DNA of 63,901 nucleotides, counting the filler, from Rhizaria sp. SCN 62-66 (taxonomy: Eukaryota): assembly GCA_001724265.1 (NCBI GenBank). It is 3 parts of 3 records of this genome, joined end to end, with 100 filler letters (N's around TTAATTAATTAA, not from the genome) between each part and the next. Parts side by side here need not be neighbours in the genome. Positions count along the whole stretch, not along the records: positions 1 to 21,641 come from MEDY01000445.1; 2 more parts are not named here. One strand, given 5' to 3'. This document shows positions 1 to 10,400 of the stretch, piece after piece; within the stretch, counting starts at the first letter, position 1, and every line of letters begins with the position of its first letter. Under the pieces are notes generated by a model, which saw only the letters and a program-made list of their open reading frames with translations, did no database searches and was not told the DNA's origin. The position numbers were made by a program, and so were the translations under genes.

Positions 1-1
1 G

Positions 2-271
2 CGTCTCATCTTCCAGGGCAAGCAGCTCGATGATGGCCGCACCCTCGCGGACTACAACGTCCAGAAGGAGTCCACCCTTCACCTCGTCCTCCGCCTCCGT
101 GGTGGTGTCATGGCCCCTGCCCTTGCCGAGCTTGCCAAGAAGACCAACGTCGACCGCAAGGTCTGCCGCAAGTGCTATGCCCGCCTCTCCCTGCGTGCCG
201 TTAACTGCCGCAAGAAGAAGTGCGGCCGCTCTGCGTCCCTCCGCCTCAAGAAGGTCCCCAAGTCCAAGTAA
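2..271 (+). CDS. UBA52: Ubiquitin-60S ribosomal protein L40 (eL40) fusion, 5'-truncated by window edge
   Basis: Frame 2 (absent from the ORF track) reads [35 protein letters not shown], then [54 protein letters not shown]. Stop TAA at 269-271. Confidence 0.97.
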   Translation, partial: RLIFQGKQLDDGRTLADYNVQKESTLHLVLRLRGGVMAPALAELAKKTNVDRKVCRKCYARLSLRAVNCRKKKCGRSASLRLKKVPKSK

Positions 272-669
272 GCGCCTACTTTCGTAACGCGACTGCTCTG
301 GAACGTGGCTGTAAGTTGGGTCCTTGCTTGCTGTCACAAAATACAAAAATTTATCAAAAACAAACCCCTCTCTGCCTTTTCCTACGCCTCTTCTCTTGCT
401 CCTGATACCACTTTTATCTCTCGTGGTCCTCGTTATGCTCCTCAAAACCCCTGTTAATGTCAAACTCGAGTTAACCGCAATGCGTGACTGGGAAATCTCG
501 ACCAGATTGCAGTGTGTACCTTTCTTCAATCATGTGCTGTGAAGTGAACCGATCGTTACATACTCTGTACACTTAGATTCGAGTTAGCCATTAACTCACT
601 CATACTATTTTTTTCCCACTACCCCATTTTAGTTTGTTTAGTCTCTGAAATCTTGTCTGGCAAGTCCTG

Positions 670-3600
670 ATGTCGAAACGGCCAGGCGATGACTCGCTGG
701 CCGCGTCCCGGCTACGCAAGCTGCCCCAGGAAGAGCTCATTCAGATGCTTATTGCCGCGCAGGATGAAAATCACAAGCTCAAGCAGTGGCGTGAAGCCGC
801 CGTTGAGCTTTTGAACGACCAGGCCGTCGCCAGCCGCGCCCCTCCGAGTCCCCACCACGCCAGCCTCGGCCTGCCCGGTCAGAGCATCAGCGCGCACGGC
901 CAGTCGTCGTCGCTGAGCTCGTCCGCGCCCGTCGCGCGCCTGGGGAGCTCCGTCCTTGGGCGCAAGCCGGGGCAGCGCGACGTCAACCGGCTGCAGATCG
1001 AGCTCAACAAGAGCCGCCGCCTGATCCAGAACCTGGCGCTGCGCGTCTTCGTTCGCAACTGGCGCCTCAAGTCTTCGTTCCGTCAGCTCCGCAACAAGCT
1101 CACGCAGACGATGCAGGCCGTGTTGGGGATGCTCCTGGCGCAGCGCGCGCCGTCGGGCAGCCCCGACCGCGCGATCGCGACGCACTACACGGCCACGCAC
1201 GCCGCGGTGCTGCGCACGGCCTCGCTGCCGCCCTCGGCGCTGCAAAGCGAGCTCGCGCCCGTCCCCGTCTCGGCCGCAGCCGCAGCCGCCGCAGCGCACG
1301 CCGTCGCCGCAGCCGCATCGGGCTACGCCGCGTTCGCGGGCTCTGCTGACAGCAATAATGCAACTGCTCTTGCTGTGGGTGGATCTTCGGTTGCATACCC
1401 ATCCGTCGCCTCGCTCTTCGGCCCCAACGTCAACGCCTCTGGCGCCGCCGCGGGCTCCAACGGCGACGGCCCCGCCCCCGCCGGCTCTGCCGCCGCCGCG
1501 GCCGCCCAGGTAGGCCCGTCGTCGTTTTTCGTTCGTTTGCTCGACGCCGCCCCCGTCGGCCCCGCGGAGATCGCTGCCTGGCAGGAGCGCGATGTGCTCG
1601 ACTCGCAGGCCGTGCTGCTCGCAAAGAAGCTCTTCCGCGTCGGGCTCGCCCGCAAGCTTGACGGCAAGGCCTCGCACCTCAGCAACAACAGCCACAGCGC
1701 AAGTAGCGCCGCTGCCGGTAGCGCCGCTGCGGCTGCTGCGAGCGCGAACGTGAGCTCGCCTGTGACTGCGACAGAGCTGGTGCTGAGCGAGGGCGAAGAG
1801 TCCCTCTGGCGGGCCTATGCCTCACGCGGCATTGTCTCGGACTCGTTCGCGTCGCAGCTCAACGCGCAGACGCAGCATCTCTACGATGCGTGCGACCTCA
1901 TCGCCGCAGTGACGAGCTTCGAGGCCCTCAAGATCAGCGCGCTCAGGGACACCATCGACGCCTTCGCAGCGCGCACGGTGACGCTCTCGGCGCAGCTCGC
2001 GGCCGCCGCGGGGCGCGAGCAGGCGCTGCGCGCGATGCTGCAGCGGGCCTCGCACGCGGCCGCCGTCAGCGGCGTCGCGGCCTTCGGCGGCAATGGCAGC
2101 TCTAACAGCGGCAACGGCGGCGAGCACTTGGGCGCCACGAGCACGCTTACCGGCAGCTACAACAGCAGCGCCAATGCGGGTGGCGCTAACGCCGGGAACG
2201 CGGCCGTAAGCGCGAGCGGCAACGGCAGCGGCAGTGGCAGTGGCAGCGGCAGCGGCATGAGCGCCTCGACCCGGACGCTGCTGAGCCAGATCGACCGCGA
2301 CCTGGCAGAGTGCTCGATCAGGTCGCCGCCGCGGCCGGCGCACAGCCACTACCTCAGCCAGCACGCCTCGGGCACCGGCGCTACCGCGGGCTCCAGCACC
2401 GGCATGCCCGGCGTGAGCGGCAACGGTAACAACGGCGGCAGCGGCGGCAGCGGCGGCGGTAACGCGCCGAGCTACCTGGCCCCGACGGCGGCGTCCGACG
2501 CGTGGCGCCATGACAACGACGGCTCGGCCGCCAGCGACGCCTACAATGCGACTCTGAACCCTAACAACGCCGCGGCGAACGGCAATGGCAGCTACAACAG
2601 CTCTAGTAAGAGCACGGCTGTCGCCAAAGAGGGTACACCCAGCGTCTTGGCGGCGCAGCTCCACGCGCTCGAGGTCAAAAACGCGCGTCTCTCCGACCGG
2701 CTCCGCGAGTGCCATGCCGCGCTCACGGCGGCGGCCGCAGCGGCCGCGGCGGCCGCGCGGCGCAGCAACGGCGCGGTGGCCGGCACCGTGAGCGGCGAGC
2801 AGGCCACGAAGCAGGAGTTCCCCGTCGCGCGCTCACAGTACTTTCCTCACGTCAACGCTGCCAGCAGCAACAGCCACAGCGCTGGCCACAGCGCGCGTGG
2901 CGGCTCGGGCGCTGCGCAGAGCCAGAGCCAGAGCGCGCTGACGCTGGCCCGCAGCGGCAACTGCGGCCGCCTGCCCTCGCCCGCAACGGGGATGGCGCCC
3001 GAGCTCCTGGGCACGGTCCCCCTGGCCGGCCCGCACCCGTACCCGCTCGCTCTGCCCCACAGGCAGCAGCAGCAGCAGCAGGCCAGCTCCAGTGCCAGCG
3101 CGAGCGGCGGCGGCGGCGGCGGCGGTTATCCACTGTCTGCTCGCGACGCGCACAAGCTGCGCGCCACCGCGGCCACGACCGACGGGCTGCCCGCCACGGC
3201 AACGGTGGGCGGACGCGCGGGCGGCGGCGGCCCGGGGCCCGCGCTGCCGGGCACCAGCACCAGCGCGCCCGTGCCGTCGCTGTCCGCCGGCGCCACACAA
3301 ACTGGGCGCGGACAACGGGGCGGCAATGGCAACAGCAGCGGCAGTGCGGGTGCGCTGACGTGGGCAGGTCAGCACTCCGTCGCCGGCGGCTCGACCACTG
3401 CTGTGCCGCGCAATGTTGGCAACGACGGCGGCAGCGCGAGCTCTAGCAGGCCCAATAGCTCATCTCAGCAACAACAACAGCAGCAGCAACATCAGCTTCT
3501 CACAACAACGAACAGCAACGGCGCGGTTATTGCTGTGAGCAAAACAGGCGCCGCCACTCAGCGTCGACAGCAGCAGCATCAGCAGCATCCGCATCAGCCG

Positions 3601-4341
3601 CAGAGCCGGCAGCAGCAGCTGCAAGACCGCTCGCGCCGCTCTGCCGCCGTCTCCGCGTCGCTGGGCGTCGAGGCCTCGCTGGCGCAACTGCTTGTCGACA
3701 CACCCTTTGCGGCTGAGCTGGCGCCGCCGCCGCAGCCCTCGGCGCCGCAGTGGCCCGTGTCCACGCTCTGGCCCGGCCAGCCCCAGGGCTACAGCAGCAG
3801 CAGCGGCGGCGGCGGCGGCACGGCGGACGGGCGGGCCCAGTCGGCGGCCGGCGCGGCGAGCGCGGCGGTGGCGGCCGCGGCGGCGGAGGAAGAGGGCGAG
3901 ATGTGGGGCGGAATGCTCGGACAGCACGCGTTTCCGCTGCCGCCCAAAATCCCCGTCGGGCCCTACGCCACGCGCCCGGGGCTCTTCCCGCACTGCCGCC
4001 CCGACGCAGGCTCAGGGTCGGGCGCGGGCGTGGGTGCGGGCGCGGATCGGGGGAACGACGAGGCGGAAGCTGTGTTGTCGTCTCAAAGCGGCGGCGGCGG
4101 CGGTTCGTACGGGCTGCTGGCGGGGGCGCGGAAGGAGCACGCGGTGATGGGCCAGTTCCAACACGTCGTGATGCCCTCCGCGGGCGTCGTCGGCGCCGCG
4201 CGCGCGCAGCGGACTGAAACTGAGACGCAGGCTGCGGACGACGAGGAGGACGAGGAGGAGCGGAGCCGGGCGGGCGATGTGACGCGCGTCGTGATCCCTG
4301 CGGCCGCAGCGAGGTTGACGCAGCAGTGGGGCAGGGCGTGA
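670..4341 (+). CDS. Hypothetical 1223-aa low-complexity protein with coiled-coil segments
   Basis: Single long GC-rich ORF from ATG 670 to TGA 4341, flanked by AT-rich DNA. Coiled-coil-like patches (LQIELNKSRRLIQNL; LHALEVKNARLSDRLRE). No family recognised. Confidence 0.8.
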   Translation: MSKRPGDDSLAASRLRKLPQEELIQMLIAAQDENHKLKQWREAAVELLNDQAVASRAPPSPHHASLGLPGQSISAHGQSSSLSSSAPVARLGSSVLGRKPGQRDVNRLQIELNKSRRLIQNLALRVFVRNWRLKSSFRQLRNKLTQTMQAVLGMLLAQRAPSGSPDRAIATHYTATHAAVLRTASLPPSALQSELAPVPVSAAAAAAAAHAVAAAASGYAAFAGSADSNNATALAVGGSSVAYPSVASLFGPNVNASGAAAGSNGDGPAPAGSAAAAAAQVGPSSFFVRLLDAAPVGPAEIAAWQERDVLDSQAVLLAKKLFRVGLARKLDGKASHLSNNSHSASSAAAGSAAAAAASANVSSPVTATELVLSEGEESLWRAYASRGIVSDSFASQLNAQTQHLYDACDLIAAVTSFEALKISALRDTIDAFAARTVTLSAQLAAAAGREQALRAMLQRASHAAAVSGVAAFGGNGSSNSGNGGEHLGATSTLTGSYNSSANAGGANAGNAAVSASGNGSGSGSGSGSGMSASTRTLLSQIDRDLAECSIRSPPRPAHSHYLSQHASGTGATAGSSTGMPGVSGNGNNGGSGGSGGGNAPSYLAPTAASDAWRHDNDGSAASDAYNATLNPNNAAANGNGSYNSSSKSTAVAKEGTPSVLAAQLHALEVKNARLSDRLRECHAALTAAAAAAAAAARRSNGAVAGTVSGEQATKQEFPVARSQYFPHVNAASSNSHSAGHSARGGSGAAQSQSQSALTLARSGNCGRLPSPATGMAPELLGTVPLAGPHPYPLALPHRQQQQQQASSSASASGGGGGGGYPLSARDAHKLRATAATTDGLPATATVGGRAGGGGPGPALPGTSTSAPVPSLSAGATQTGRGQRGGNGNSSGSAGALTWAGQHSVAGGSTTAVPRNVGNDGGSASSSRPNSSSQQQQQQQQHQLLTTTNSNGAVIAVSKTGAATQRRQQQHQQHPHQPQSRQQQLQDRSRRSAAVSASLGVEASLAQLLVDTPFAAELAPPPQPSAPQWPVSTLWPGQPQGYSSSSGGGGGTADGRAQSAAGAASAAVAAAAAEEEGEMWGGMLGQHAFPLPPKIPVGPYATRPGLFPHCRPDAGSGSGAGVGAGADRGNDEAEAVLSSQSGGGGGSYGLLAGARKEHAVMGQFQHVVMPSAGVVGAARAQRTETETQAADDEEDEEERSRAGDVTRVVIPAAAARLTQQWGRA

Positions 4342-4660
4342 ATATGCCCGTGGGCTTGCATCGCAGTGACAGACAACGATCTGTGAAGCTTGCAGCGCTC
4401 TGATCTGTTCTGTTCAAGTGCTGCCCCGTCAAAGCCCCTTTTGTGTGATAGAACTTTCGACTACAAAGACCTTTTTTATGCGTTTATAACAACGAATATT
4501 ACATATATACACATATTTTATTTTCTAACAAACTGTTATTGTTTCCTAACCATTTGCAGAACTTGCTCGTTTCAAGTCGGAACTCAATTGCTAAGGAGTC
4601 TCGTTTATGTCCGACTGGGTTGGTCCTCGACCGACCAAGATCGGCGGTCGGACAAAGTTA

Positions 4661-4697
4661 AGCCGCGAGGTCCCCGGTCACTTTTAGCCGCGAGGTC
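4661..4697. repeat. Direct repeat AGCCGCGAGGTC x2 upstream of eIF3m (possible promoter element)
   Basis: Identical 12-mers at 4661-4672 and 4686-4697 in intergenic DNA. Function is inferred only. Confidence 0.4.
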
Positions 4698-5103
4698 ACA
4701 AACCGGCAATTATGACGATGAATGCTCCGACGGTAGCGATTTAAGTAATATGAGGGGGTAGATTTTTGTGTCAGACAAGTGCTAGTACTGTGAATTTTGG
4801 CGATGATATCATCACGGCTCAAACCAGACCTGGTGCCGCCGGCCTCTCAGCCACAGTCCGCGCTCGACTCTGCCGGTCACTCCTGGCTGCCTCTCTCGCC
4901 GCACAGACTTCCTTTTGCCCCATCATGCCACCTCCAAGGACCACCAAGCTCTTTGAACGTTCATAGGGACATCCAAGCCCTCATCTGCTCAACACCTTCT
5001 CCCTGTCAGCCTCTTTTCTTTCCCGCATTAGTCCGCCGTCTTATCTCACCCTTAATCTCCCCCATCTAACCTCTTTTTCGCGCGCTCTCCAGGCTCTTCC
5101 AGC

Positions 5104-6342
5104 ATGAGCACCAAGTTCGTCCTCTACACGACCCAGTCGCGCTACGTGACTCTGGCGGAGCTGCTCGACCAGGTCACGGCCTCGACCACCGCCTCGGCCG
5201 CCGCCAAGAAGGCTGCCCCCGTCGCCGTCTACGACGTCCTCCTCGCCAACATGGACAAGGTCTTCGCCCTCCCGGCCTCTGACGCTGAGGCGATCATCTC
5301 CCAGGCCTTCTCCGCGTTCCCCGAGCTGCCCGGCGACGCCGTGTCGGCTGTCGTGGCGCGCCTGGCCACGGCCATCGCGGCCCCCGCCTCCGCCTCGCAG
5401 GCCGCGCAGACCAAGCTGGGCCTGCTCGTCGTGCTCTACAACACGCTCGGCAGCGACTCGCTGCTCCGCTACGACGTCTTCCGCGCCATCCTCACGCTTG
5501 CGCGCGCGGCTTCGCTGGGCCGCCTCGTCGCCGCGCAGCTCGGCGACCTCGCCAAGCTCGCCGCCGGCTGGGCGCTGTCCCCCTCGCAGCTCGCCGAGCT
5601 CAACAAGCTGGCTGCCGACGCCGTGCTCGCCTCGGCCACGCCCGCCACCGCCGCGACCGCCGCCGCCGACGCGCAGGCCTTCCTCTACGCCTACCTGGAG
5701 AAGCTCACCCCCGAGACGGCGTCCGCGGCCGCCGAGGCCGGCGACTTCGCCCGCTTCGCCGCTCTCGCGCTCGCCTACGCGCTGCGCTCCCCCGCGCCCG
5801 CCGTGACTTCGTCCCCCGTAGCCGCCTACGACGCGCTCGCCGCGCTGCCCGTGCTGGCCGCCTCCGCCGCCTCCGCGGCCGCGCTTGCGGGCACCCCCGC
5901 CACTCTCCTGGCCGCCGTGCGCCTCCTCGCCACGGGCTCCGTGGCCGAGTACGTGGCCTTCGCCGCCGCTCCCGCCGTCGCCGAGGCCTACGCCGCGCAC
6001 GGCGTCGACGCCGAGGCCGTGCTGCTCAACGCGCGCGCCGTGAACCTCGCCGCCGCTGTCCGCGCGGGCAGCATCGTCAAGTACGACGACGCCGCCGCCG
6101 TGGCGTGCCCCGACGCCCCCGCAGAGGTCGAGGAGGTGCTCGTTGACATCATCGCGCTCGGTCAGATCGGCGGCCGCCTCAACCAGCAGACGCGCACTGT
6201 GCGCGTGGACCGCGTCGTCCCCCGCAGCTTCACTATGGGCGTGTGGAAGGAGCTTTCGGAGCGCGTGACGGCGTGGAGCGGCGCCGTCGGCAAGGCCATC
6301 GTCGAGGCCCCCGTCGAGATCGAGAAGAACACCATCGTCTGA
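5104..6342 (+). CDS. EIF3M: Translation initiation factor eIF3 subunit M (PCI domain)
   Basis: LYNTL...LRYDVFRAIL segment and a C-terminal PCI winged helix (EVEEVLVDIIALGQIGGRLNQQTRTVRVDRVVPRSFTMGVWKELSERVTAW) typical of eIF3m. Strong codon bias. Stop TGA. Confidence 0.85.
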   Translation: MSTKFVLYTTQSRYVTLAELLDQVTASTTASAAAKKAAPVAVYDVLLANMDKVFALPASDAEAIISQAFSAFPELPGDAVSAVVARLATAIAAPASASQAAQTKLGLLVVLYNTLGSDSLLRYDVFRAILTLARAASLGRLVAAQLGDLAKLAAGWALSPSQLAELNKLAADAVLASATPATAATAAADAQAFLYAYLEKLTPETASAAAEAGDFARFAALALAYALRSPAPAVTSSPVAAYDALAALPVLAASAASAAALAGTPATLLAAVRLLATGSVAEYVAFAAAPAVAEAYAAHGVDAEAVLLNARAVNLAAAVRAGSIVKYDDAAAVACPDAPAEVEEVLVDIIALGQIGGRLNQQTRTVRVDRVVPRSFTMGVWKELSERVTAWSGAVGKAIVEAPVEIEKNTIV

Positions 6343-7405
6343 GTGCTCTGATGTTCCTCGAAAACGAAGAAGAAGGGCAAACACGCGGTGGGCTATCTAT
6401 CTTGCTTGCTTGCTTGTTTGGTGAGTGAATGAGCGAGTGATGAAGTAATGTTATGCAGGGCCGCTGCAAGAATGGCCTGATGTAAAAAGAACACAAACCA
6501 AGCGAAATGATGCGATGATGTCGTATAAGCTCGCTTCTGCTGTTGTTAGTTGGGCGTTGGTACAATAGTATAGCATTATAATACACTAACCTAAACTCAT
6601 ACCTTATTTTGCCACCGCCTGCTAGTTACTTTAAATTAACACTGTTGTGCATGATGAGGAATGCGTAAACAGTAGTGAGTCAACGGCTGCCCGCCAGCCG
6701 ACGACCTTAAATGCTGTTGAGAGGCGAGGGACTAGTATTGTTTGAATCGTGTCTCTGTGACGAAGTGAAGCTTTGTTTGGCTGCTATTGTGATTAAATAT
6801 GTGTGTGTTGTAATATTTTAATTTTCGTTTTTGTTGAGAGGCGCGGGGATGTGTACCCGGCTTGACATTTTTTGAGGTCAGACTCACCGCACTGCGAGTC
6901 CCGGTTCACAAAACGAAATCGACTCGCATGCTATGCATGTCACTCCGCTAGAGCCGCGACACTTGCAGTTGCAAACTAGTGTTTTCGCTCTGTTATAACA
7001 TCGTGCTTGAGTGCTAATCCACTAGAACGATGCTGTGCATTTGCCTGTGAGTGCCCGTTGCGACCCAATGACCGTTGACCAGCTGCCAGACAGACCAATT
7101 TTGTTCTCTGCACTCTCACGCCTCAGAAGTCACGTGTTTAAGCTCCATACTTCTCTGGTACAGCTCTTACTTTTTTGTATTTCTCTCGCATCTTCTTTTT
7201 TTCTGCCTATGTCTTTTTGCTGGCTGATTTTCACATTGCAGTTGGTGGTACCACACCCATCTCTCAAGCCCCCGGCTCTAAATAGCAAGAGAACAAGAGT
7301 TCATTTCTTGTTTTCGACAGCCCTTCTCCCCGGCTTACTGCACCCTAGTGCTGAGGTGTTTAGCTCCTCTCCGCTTTGCCCCGTAGCTATTGGTCTTCTC
7401 CTATC

Positions 7406-10400
7406 ATGCCGCTGCGAGGCAACTCATCAACTTCGTCCTCGTCCACTTCCTCAACAACAACCCCTTCCACCACAACAAACACCGCCCCGACAACCGCGGC
7501 CGCTGTGTCGCATCTCCCGGTGCACGCCCTGCGCTCACAGCTCTCCGTGGACACCAACGCGGGCTCGATCACCGTCGTCGCCGGCCCGCGCGGCAGATCC
7601 TCCCCGCCCGCGCTCTCTTCCTCGAGCGCCAGCGAACACGGCCACGCCGGCAACAGCACGGGCACGGGCACGAGCACGGGTTCGTTGACGGGCACCAGCT
7701 CTACGGCCTCGGTTAACAGCGACAGCGCAGCGACTCCCGCGCTCTTCAATCCCGGCTCAGGCTCTGGACTCAGCTCAGGCGCTGACTCGGGCTACGGCAA
7801 CTTCGCACTCCGCCGCACCGCGTTTCCCGGCCTTAGTAACCATCATACCCAGGCGGGGAACAACCACGTCAGGATGAGTGACTACCCTCCCGCAACGCCT
7901 GCAGGTGCCACGCCCGTCAGCAACAACAACAACAACAACAGCAGCAGTAACAACAACGCGCAGTCTCAGTCTCAGTCCCAGACAGCACGGAATGGCAACT
8001 CCAATGCGGGCAACTACAACGACAACAACAATCACTGGCAGCGCCGCGGGTCCGTGACCGACGCCTCGCGCGCCGCCGCCGCCGCCGCCACGGCCCAGTT
8101 CTTGGCCCCACGCACCCCGGGCGCCCCCGCCCCCGCCAGTGCCAGCGCCAGTGCCGGGGCCGGTGCCGCTGGCACCGCCGCGAATGACGGCCACGGCGCG
8201 ATGACGTGGGGCGCCAACCTCGGTGGCGCGCCCCGAGGCGGCAGTGCGCGCGCGCAGCCGCCGCAGCCGGTGGAAATGGACGAGCGCCGTCGGCAGCTGG
8301 ATGAGCTAGTGTTAATGGCGCAGGACAATTACCGTCGGCAGCTGCGTATGCGTCCTCTGATGCTTCGCGCCATCATCAACGGCAGCAACAATGACAACAT
8401 CCGCCAGAACAATAACGATCAGAACAGCAACGACAGCAGTAGCAGTGGTAACGATGATGACGATGATGATGACAACGGCACGAACCGAGACGCCAACGCC
8501 AACAATGCTCCTGCCAACGACGACGACAACGGTAACGACGGTAACGACGGTAACAACAACACGCTTGCGTCTGGAATCCCGCCGCCGCCGCCACTGCCGC
8601 GCTCGCACTCGCACTCACTGCAGTCTCTGCAGGCGCAGGCGCAACCGCTATCACTGGCAGACCTGGCGCGCTACGAGCCCCGCGCCGCAGCCATCGCCGA
8701 GGCCGAGGCCGTGCGCACAGCCTTCGCGCAGGACGCCATCCCCGACGACGTGGGCCGCGCCGCTGTCGCGCGCGTGCTCTACCAGTCGGGCGCCACCGTG
8801 ACCGTATCGCCCAACCCCAATAACGCGAACAACAACAACGGCGCCGGCGCGGCGGGGACGGTGACCGTGAGCGGGGTTGGTGTCTCGACGCTGGCGCCAT
8901 GGGCCGGCCGCGAGGCGGGCTCAGCGGCCGCGTTCATCAACAGCGTCCTCGTCGCCGGCGCGCACGGCGCTGGCGGGCTCGCCGGCGGCGACCTCAGCGG
9001 CGTTGCCAGCGGCGCCAGCGGCAGAGCCGCCGCGGCGGAGGTGTACCGCTTCGCGCCGAGCGCGGACCCCAGTGCGTGGGCCGACGCCATGCTCGCCTAC
9101 ACGCCGTTGCCTGACGCCGTCACGGCCCTGCCCATCGCCGCGCAGGCCGCGGGCGCGGGGGCCGCGGCGGCCGCGGCGGCGTCTGCGGCCGCGGCCCGCG
9201 CCATTGCGGTTGCAGTCGCCAAGGCCACCGCGGCGTCGGCGCAGACGCCCTACGGCGGGGCTCCGGTCATTGCGTTCACGCCCATGACCCACCACGCACT
9301 CGGTAGCAACCAAATCGGTAACAGCGACGGTAATGGCAACGGCAACGGCAGCAAGGCAGGCTCAAGCACGAGCGCGAGCGCGAATGCGAGTACAAGTGAC
9401 AGCAGCATCAAGACCGAGGTGGCCTCCTCGACCGCGACCTCGGGTACCCGTGGCGGCCTAACTTCTCTCTCGGCGACCGCGAGCGCGCGCGCCTCGGGCG
9501 GCCTGGACGTGGGCGTGTTCCCCGAGGGCCCCGTGTCGGGTCAGCTGGCGGTGGTCCGGCGCTGGGCTCAGTACCGCGCCGCGGCGCTGGCGGCGGCGAC
9601 GGCGATGACGCACGCGCTGCATCTGCTCAACTGCGTCAACAGCAACGGCTGTGACAGCTACGATGACAGCATTACTACGAATAGCGGCAGCAGCAGCAGC
9701 AGCGGCAGTGGCGGTAACAAGGTGGTCGATGCCGCCGCCGTTTCCGCCGCCGTGGCCGACGCCCGCGCCGCGCTGGCCGCCTCCGACGCCCGCAGCGCCG
9801 CCCACGGCCTCCCTGCGCTGAGCCTCAAAACACTACCGCACTTCGCGGCCGCGCTGCGCCTGCCCGCGGCGCCCGCGCTGGCGCCCGTGTACGATGCCGT
9901 GCTCCTCGGCGTGTGCGGCGCATGTGACTGCGACGTGGGCCCCCAGGCCGGCCCGCAAACGCTCCCGCAGACCCGCAGCAACAGCAGCAACAACAGCATT
10001 AACAGCGTGCGGAGCAGCGACGGCAGCGACATTATCCCCGCCTGGGATGCTGACTCTGACGACGCTGCAGCGAGCGGCAGCGCCACCGCCGCCGCGGACG
10101 GCTGCGTGGTGGCCCGCGCCAAGCTGCTCTTTGCGCCTGCGACGACGCTGCGGCCTGCGCCGCCGTGCCGCTGCGCGGGACGCGCCGTGGCCGTGCCCGT
10201 CGTCGCCGCGGTCGTCGCGGAGCGCTCCCCCGTGCTCCGCGCGATGCTGCGCGCGCCCTTCGGCGAGCGCGGTGAAGTGGCGCGCCAGGAGCGCGCAGAG
10301 CGGCGCGCTGAGGCCGACCCCGACGCCGCGCTGACGCAACGCGTGCTCGGCCACGCCGCGGCCGGTGCGATCGCCGCTGGCGGCACCGATGCTGGTGTGG

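Noticed and set aside
30-287. 85-aa ORF in the supplied track
   Set aside because: Wrong frame; the real gene is ubiquitin-eL40 in the frame starting at base 2.
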